Shown here one piece after another: positions 58,436 to 64,000 of a stretch of 64,000 nucleotides of DNA (its first letter is position 1; every line of letters starts with the position of its first letter). This stretch comes from Nitrosopumilaceae archaeon (GTDB lineage Archaea > Thermoproteota > Nitrososphaeria > Nitrososphaerales > Nitrosopumilaceae): positions 2,944,001 through 3,008,000 of the forward strand of contig CBDCCK010000002.1 in assembly GCA_965214835.1 (NCBI GenBank). The letters run 5' to 3'. The notes under the pieces are model-generated. The model worked only from the letters and a program-made list of their open reading frames with translations, did no database searches and was not told the origin of the DNA. The position numbers and the translations under genes were made by a program.

Positions 58436-59878
58436 GTGCCGATAGAGGACATTCATGAGCTAATCGACGTCCTAGAGGGGGCAGGCGAGCTGAAAAGGGT
58501 CAGAGCCGAGGTCGACCCCGAGCTGGAGATTGCGGAGATCCTGAGGCGTACAATGTACGACAGGGGGCCCGCGATTCTCTTTGAGAACGTAAAGGGCTAT
58601 GACATGCCCGTACTGGGCAACGCGTTTGGCTCCATGAGAAGGATGGAGCTGGGCTTGGAGACAGGCGACTTTACGGAGATCGGTCAGAGAATCGTAGACC
58701 TGACAAGGATGGATGTACCCTCCGGACTGTTCGGGAAGATAAGAAGGCTTCCAGAGCTGTCCAAGATGACAGAGTCGTTTCCCAGGCCGGAAAAGAACGG
58801 GCCGGTAACCGAGGTCACAGGCGAGGCGCCCAGCTTTGGCAGGATACCCATACTGAAGACATGGCCAAAGGATGCCGGAAGGTTCATCACGTTTGGCCTT
58901 GTGGCAACCAGGCACCCGGAGACGGGGGTCAGAAACCTCGGGGTATACAGAGTCCAGATCATGGACGATGCGCACGCTCTAATGCACTGGCAAAAGCACA
59001 AGCGCGGCGCACATCACGGCGAGATCAAAAGGGATGCCGGGGACAGGATAGAGGCTGCAATCATCATCGGTGGGGAGCCTGCAACGATATTTGCCGGGGT
59101 CGCGCCGGTTCCAGAGGGGCTGGACAAGTACCTTTTTGCAGGAATAACCCGCAAGAGGGGGATCAGGACGGTGAGGTGCCAGACGGTTGATCTCGAGGTG
59201 CCTGCCAATGCGGACATTGTCCTTGAGGGGTACGTCGATCCGGGGGATCTGAGGGACGAGGGCCCCTTCGGGGATCATACCGGATATTATACGCCGGTTG
59301 AAAAGTACCCCGTATTCACGCTGACGGGGGTGATGAGGAGGAAAAACCCCGTATACCTGACAACGGTTGTAGGAAAGCCGATCCTTGAGGACGCATACAT
59401 CGGAAAGGTAATCGAGCGCTCGTTTCTGCCGCTGATCAGGATGCTTCATCCCGAGGTAGTCGACTATTCAATGCCTGCGGCAGGATGGTTCCAGGGGCTT
59501 GCCGTAATTGCAATAAAGAAGAGGTACCCCGGCCAGGCAAAGAAGGTCATGATGGGCCTGTGGGGAACCGGGCAGCTTGCGCTGACCAAGACGTTCATAG
59601 TGGTGGATGACGACATAAACGTGCATGACGTAAATGACGTGATCTGGGCAGTCACCACGAGGGCGGATGCTGCCCGGGACACGGTAATCATAAACAACGC
59701 GCCCACCGACACCCTGGATCCCGCATCGCCGCTAGTCAACCTCGGCTCAAAGCTCGGGATTGATGCCACGCAAAAGATGGCCGGTGAGGGATATTCCAGG
59801 GAGATTCAGGAGCAGGCAAGGCCCGATGACAAGACAAAGAACCTGGTAGATGAGAGGTGGCCCAGCTACGGCCTCTAG
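58436..59878 (+). CDS. UbiD-family menaquinone biosynthesis decarboxylase
   Basis: GPAILFENV, NLGVYR, EGPFGDHTGYY, KLGIDAT; adjacent to MqnC. Confidence 0.93.
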   Translation: MPIEDIHELIDVLEGAGELKRVRAEVDPELEIAEILRRTMYDRGPAILFENVKGYDMPVLGNAFGSMRRMELGLETGDFTEIGQRIVDLTRMDVPSGLFGKIRRLPELSKMTESFPRPEKNGPVTEVTGEAPSFGRIPILKTWPKDAGRFITFGLVATRHPETGVRNLGVYRVQIMDDAHALMHWQKHKRGAHHGEIKRDAGDRIEAAIIIGGEPATIFAGVAPVPEGLDKYLFAGITRKRGIRTVRCQTVDLEVPANADIVLEGYVDPGDLRDEGPFGDHTGYYTPVEKYPVFTLTGVMRRKNPVYLTTVVGKPILEDAYIGKVIERSFLPLIRMLHPEVVDYSMPAAGWFQGLAVIAIKKRYPGQAKKVMMGLWGTGQLALTKTFIVVDDDINVHDVNDVIWAVTTRADAARDTVIINNAPTDTLDPASPLVNLGSKLGIDATQKMAGEGYSREIQEQARPDDKTKNLVDERWPSYGL

Positions 59879-60996
59879 TGGATCCTTACAGTCTCGTAAA
59901 AGTTGTCGCGCTCCTCGACTGCATACCCTATCTGCCGGATAGAGTCTATGATTCGCCTGCCGGTAAGCTCAGTCGAGCGGGCGCCCGTACAGGAGACGAC
60001 CTCCTCGCCTATCAGGGTGCCCCCAAAGTCGTCTGCGCCGTACTGCAAGGCAAGCTGCGCCATGCCGACCCCGTTTGTCAGCCACGAGGACTGGATGTGC
60101 GGTATGAGGGTATCAAAGACGATCCTGGAGATTGCAATCATCTTGAGGAGCTGCGTGCCGCCGGTCCCGTATGAGACTAGGCCCTCCTCGTGCATCAGGG
60201 TGTTGTTTGGCTCAAAGTTCCACGGGATAAACGCCATGAACCCGCCGGTCCTCTCCTGGAGCTCCGCTATCCTCTCAAAGTGGTCAACTATGTCCCGGTC
60301 GGATTCCACGTGCCCGTACATCATGGTGGCAGACGCAGGCAGGCCCATGCCGTGGGCCTCCTCCATTATCCTTATCCAGTCCGCACCCGGTATCTTCTTG
60401 GGACTGATCACGCCCCTTACAGAGTCTGCCAGTATCTCGGCGCCGGCGCCGGGCACCGACTGCAGGCCAGACTCCTTTAGCCTGGCAAGCACCTCCCTCG
60501 TCGAGGTCCTCTCAACGCGCGCTATCATGTCGACCTCGGAGGCAGACAGGCCGTGAACGCCAACCTCGGGGAACTTTGAGCGAATCATGCGGAATGCGTC
60601 CTCATAGTACTCTATTCCCAGGTTCGGGTTGTGCCCGCCCTGGATGAGCACCTGTCGGATCCCGAACATCTCCCATGCGGTCCTCACCCTGGCCTCGATC
60701 TCCCCAAGGGTCAGCGTGTAAGAGTCTGCTGCCCCCGGCGGGCGGTAGAACGCGCAGAACTTGCAGTCCGTAATGCAGACGTTGGTATAATTCAGGATTA
60801 TGTTGTTTACAAAGGATGCCTTGGCGCCGAATCTTTTTCTTGCAAGCGACCCCCCGACTAGCCCCATCAGGTGCACCTCGTCGGACTCTAGCAGCCTGAG
60901 ACAGTCCCCGGGGGAGGGCCTCCGGCCGGCAAGCGCCCCCTCTAGGACGTCGCCGATGGGGCTTGCACAGAGCTGCTCGCTTATCAGGCTCAACAA
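59875..60996 (-). CDS. mqnC: Radical SAM cyclic dehypoxanthinyl futalosine synthase (CofH/MqnC family)
   Basis: NYTNVCITDCKFCAFY, IQGGHNP, GAGAEIL, ATMMYGH, GADDFGGTL. Confidence 0.85.
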   Translation of the reverse strand: MLSLISEQLCASPIGDVLEGALAGRRPSPGDCLRLLESDEVHLMGLVGGSLARKRFGAKASFVNNIILNYTNVCITDCKFCAFYRPPGAADSYTLTLGEIEARVRTAWEMFGIRQVLIQGGHNPNLGIEYYEDAFRMIRSKFPEVGVHGLSASEVDMIARVERTSTREVLARLKESGLQSVPGAGAEILADSVRGVISPKKIPGADWIRIMEEAHGMGLPASATMMYGHVESDRDIVDHFERIAELQERTGGFMAFIPWNFEPNNTLMHEEGLVSYGTGGTQLLKMIAISRIVFDTLIPHIQSSWLTNGVGMAQLALQYGADDFGGTLIGEEVVSCTGARSTELTGRRIIDSIRQIGYAVEERDNFYETVRIH

Positions 60997-61315
60997 GCTT
61001 GACTCGGACTAGGATGATATTTAATCCTTTGAGCGCAGTCGGAAATGTGCTGCTGTTCCTTGTGGCCGCCGTCTCACGTGGTTTTGGAGTGCAGGACTCC
61101 GTGCAGAGCCATGAATGGATGAAGGTATGCCGTAGGGTAAAAGTTCTCAAACTACATGATCAGGCGCTCCTGCCTGCAGTAGATGATCTTCAGGAACTTG
61201 TGATTGCCAGCATGTGACCTCAGAGGCGGGATTCGGAGTAGACCCCATGCGTAGTCGGTTAAGATCAAAAAAATCGGGCAGTCTTTACGTCGTTTTTGGT
61301 AGATACGCACAAGGT

Positions 61316-61969
61316 CTACTCCAATATGAGCATGTCCTCGGTAAAGTCGCCGGACACGAGTCGGATCTGGACGTCATAATTGTTTATAATTTGCCGTATT
61401 AGCTTGATGTATTGCTCTGCCGTTCCGGTGGCAGAGCGATCTAGGCCGACCACCAGCTCGTTGGATGCCCTGTCTACAAGCGACATGAACAGTGGCAGCT
61501 CATCTTTCATGCCGAGATGAGTGTTTTGTAACTGCATGTACTGAGTGATTTTATCGTGAGCGTTGTCCAAGTCATCCGTTTGAGACCCAGTATTACTTGT
61601 ACCACAAGAGTCATCCCCCTCGTTCCATTCATGTCCGGATGACTCGCACAGGTCAGCCATCTGGCGTTTCAGACAGAGATCCCAGTCGCGCACGTCGTCA
61701 TATCCGTATGCCATACATTCCTGAGAACGCCAAAGTGCCTGGACCATCCACGAATCGCTCAAGTCAGACTGCACCGTGGCCTCGCCGCCAGGGCCATCCT
61801 GCTCGGGCTCGGCAGTCGGCATTATGAGGCCTCCAATAGAATTCAAGTCCGGTGGTGGGGATCTTCCGACCGGTTCGGATCCGGCAGATGACATTGCAAG
61901 TGTGATGCCCACCGCCAATGCCACTATGGCCACGCTCCAGAGCGATGCAAGCTTGTCTATCTCTGCCAT
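61316..61969 (-). CDS. Hypothetical membrane-anchored/secreted protein
   Basis: N-terminal hydrophobic segment, four Cys. Confidence 0.6.
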   Translation of the reverse strand: MAEIDKLASLWSVAIVALAVGITLAMSSAGSEPVGRSPPPDLNSIGGLIMPTAEPEQDGPGGEATVQSDLSDSWMVQALWRSQECMAYGYDDVRDWDLCLKRQMADLCESSGHEWNEGDDSCGTSNTGSQTDDLDNAHDKITQYMQLQNTHLGMKDELPLFMSLVDRASNELVVGLDRSATGTAEQYIKLIRQIINNYDVQIRLVSGDFTEDMLILE

Positions 61970-62199
61970 GCCTCATCCGCCCGGCGCGCGCTCGGCTGCA
62001 TACGGCGTGCCTTGTCGTTTGTGCAGGGGGTTGTCCGAACCGTTTCTCGTAAAATGACTGCAGCATCCTGAAAGCATCCACCTGCAGTTTGACATTGTAT
62101 TTTTCTTCTGCCTGCTTACAGATAATCGTTTTGATCCGTGTGGGGTTTGTTCTGCAACCAATTCGGATGGAAGAGTACGGATTGGAAGCATGGACAAGT

Positions 62200-63652
62200 A
62201 GACCCCGTAATTGGCAAATCTGATCTAAAAATACAACACAACAGATCATGGTTTGCATACCTACAACCATAAAGATCAGCAATAATTCTCTGACGGCATG
62301 GGTTCAGATGACGAGCTTGTCCAAACACTACAAGAGCAAAACAGGCAGTTCTCAAAGCAAAACGAGCAGCTAAGGAACCGGCTTGTGTTTGAGGACTCGC
62401 TGTGGCAGTCCGAGGAAAACAAGACAGAAAGAATCGTGCGCAGCGGCCGGGCATTGCGGATGCATGCAATCGAGATTGCAGACGGCATAATCGGCGACCC
62501 GGTGCGCCTTTGCAGCGTCACTGGATGCACAAAGAAGTCATTTGAGATAATATTGGGGCGCTTTACAGAGGCGGTCATGGCCGACGGGGACAGGCCCCTG
62601 TTCTGGGAGGACGACATGAGCCGCAGCGATGCCGGAAACCGGTGCAAGCTGCACATCAGGCACGCGCTGCTTGCGGAACTCATGAGCCTGAGGACCAGTG
62701 CGACGCAGCACCACCGGGCCGCAACATTTGACGTCGACCAGTCCACCATGTCCAGGTACCTCCAGTACTGTATCGTGATACTGCGCAAGATACTGCCTAC
62801 CGCCGAAAAGATAGCAGACGTCATCCGCAAGACCCCGGCAGACAGGATCGAGGAGCTGATCCCAAAGAAGACGATCCTAGTTGACGGGACCCTGACTCCC
62901 GTAGCCAGGCCCGTGGACAAGACCGCAAGAAAGACACGGTACACGGGAAGAAAAAAGAGGCACATGTACAACACGCTGGTCACCACGAACCTGGACAGCC
63001 TCATGCTGGACTGCAGCGAGACTGTAGACGGTAGCGTCAACGACAAGGGCCTGATGAACGCGGGAGGCGGCCCGGACTTTGGAAGGCACACAAAAGCAAT
63101 GAAGAACGCGGAAAACGCCGACGATCCTGAAAATGCGTTTACAGTTTACAGCGACCTGGGCTTTGAGGGCATCCAAAAGATGCTTCCGGGCGCCATACAC
63201 AGGCAGCCTCCCAAGAAGCCCAGAGACGGGGAGCTCACCGCGACGCAGAAGAGGCGCCGCAAGCAGATCATCAGGGTCCGCGTCAAGGTGGAGCACCACA
63301 TAGGGAAGCTCAAGAAATATGCCATCCTGACCACGCCGTTTGGCGGAACTGCCAAGGATCTAAACTATTTCATGCAAGTAATTACGGGTCTTGAGAACCT
63401 CAAGACGATATTGAAAATGAAAAAGTATCACCATCTGCTTGAAATATAACGTGCGGCGGCACGAGCCGCCTTTCTTATGACTTGACAACAGGGCACATCA
63501 CCGTGCTGCAAGGTTGCGCATGTCTTTTTGGCACGGGCCGATTCTTGCGCGCGTCATGACATATTTGTATGCGATAACTTGATCTGATCAACACATCTAC
63601 TCTTGGAAAATCCTGCGGAATTTTTAGTCACGATCGATTACGCATAAAGTCT
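62200..63652 (+). mobile_element. IS5-family element, transposase 62298-63449
   Basis: Right end ATTACGCATAAAGTCT, eroded left end AGACCCCGTAATT; VDGT, YTGRKK, DLGF, RVKVEH. Confidence 0.9.
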
Positions 63653-63653
63653 A

Positions 63654-64000
63654 ATAATCCTTGCACAAAGCTTTCTTCTTGCAACCGATCTGTTGATTCC
63701 GTTAGGCAGTGCTTTTGAAAGAGATGAGCGTTTTGTCCGCACCGCCGCCCTGTTCATGGCATACATCATACTGGTTTCTGGGTGGGTTGGGTATGCACGT
63801 TCAATGTCCGAAAAGCCCCACAAGGACAACATTCACGGCGCCCTGAGGTTTTTGATAGATCTGGTGATTCTGTTCGAGTACTTTTACCTGCTTCAGCTGA
63901 CAGAGAACCTGGCCAATTTTCAGAACGAGTTCCACTGGGTCGTAATGATAGTCTTTGCGACCTATGCCATATGGGATGTCGTCAGGTACTTTGAGTATCA
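63654..64000 (+). pseudogene. Membrane protein gene lacking its 5' end, running off the window
   Basis: Open frame IILAQSFLLATDLLIP...SGWVGY...RFLIDLVILFEY...IWDVVRYFEY directly after the IS end. Confidence 0.65.

Overview
Chromosomal window from an ammonia-oxidising archaeon (Nitrososphaerota, Nitrosopumilaceae-like). The assignment rests on a 16S-23S rRNA operon with no spacer tRNA or linked 5S and on typical thaumarchaeal genes (DUF6659 pair, msrA, USP, HemL-like aminotransferase, TPR protein, aquaporin, Bcp, UbiD-type decarboxylase, MqnC). A 10-kb LVIVD/Ig/solute-binding surface protein and a very heavy load of insertion sequences (IS66, IS5, IS6, IS110, IS630, ISH3, IS481-like, several MITE families; roughly 35-40% of the window by my rough tally) suggest a host-associated lineage such as a sponge symbiont (inference). 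Two signals stand out. (1) Two unrelated loci (6434-6541 and 46713-46824) each have an exact 36-bp direct repeat around a 36- or 40-bp unique insert. The repeats share only their termini (GTGGT...TGTMAC), and the first insert matches an IS66 transposase sequence elsewhere in the window at 34/36 nt next to TTT. This looks like ectopic CRISPR-type spacer integration or dispersed one-spacer mini-arrays, with no cas gene in the window. (2) An IS110 element has a recognisable two-loop bridge-RNA-like region, and a 218-bp transposase-less derivative keeps that RNA with a different target loop that co-varies with its own flank. All alignments were done by eye.
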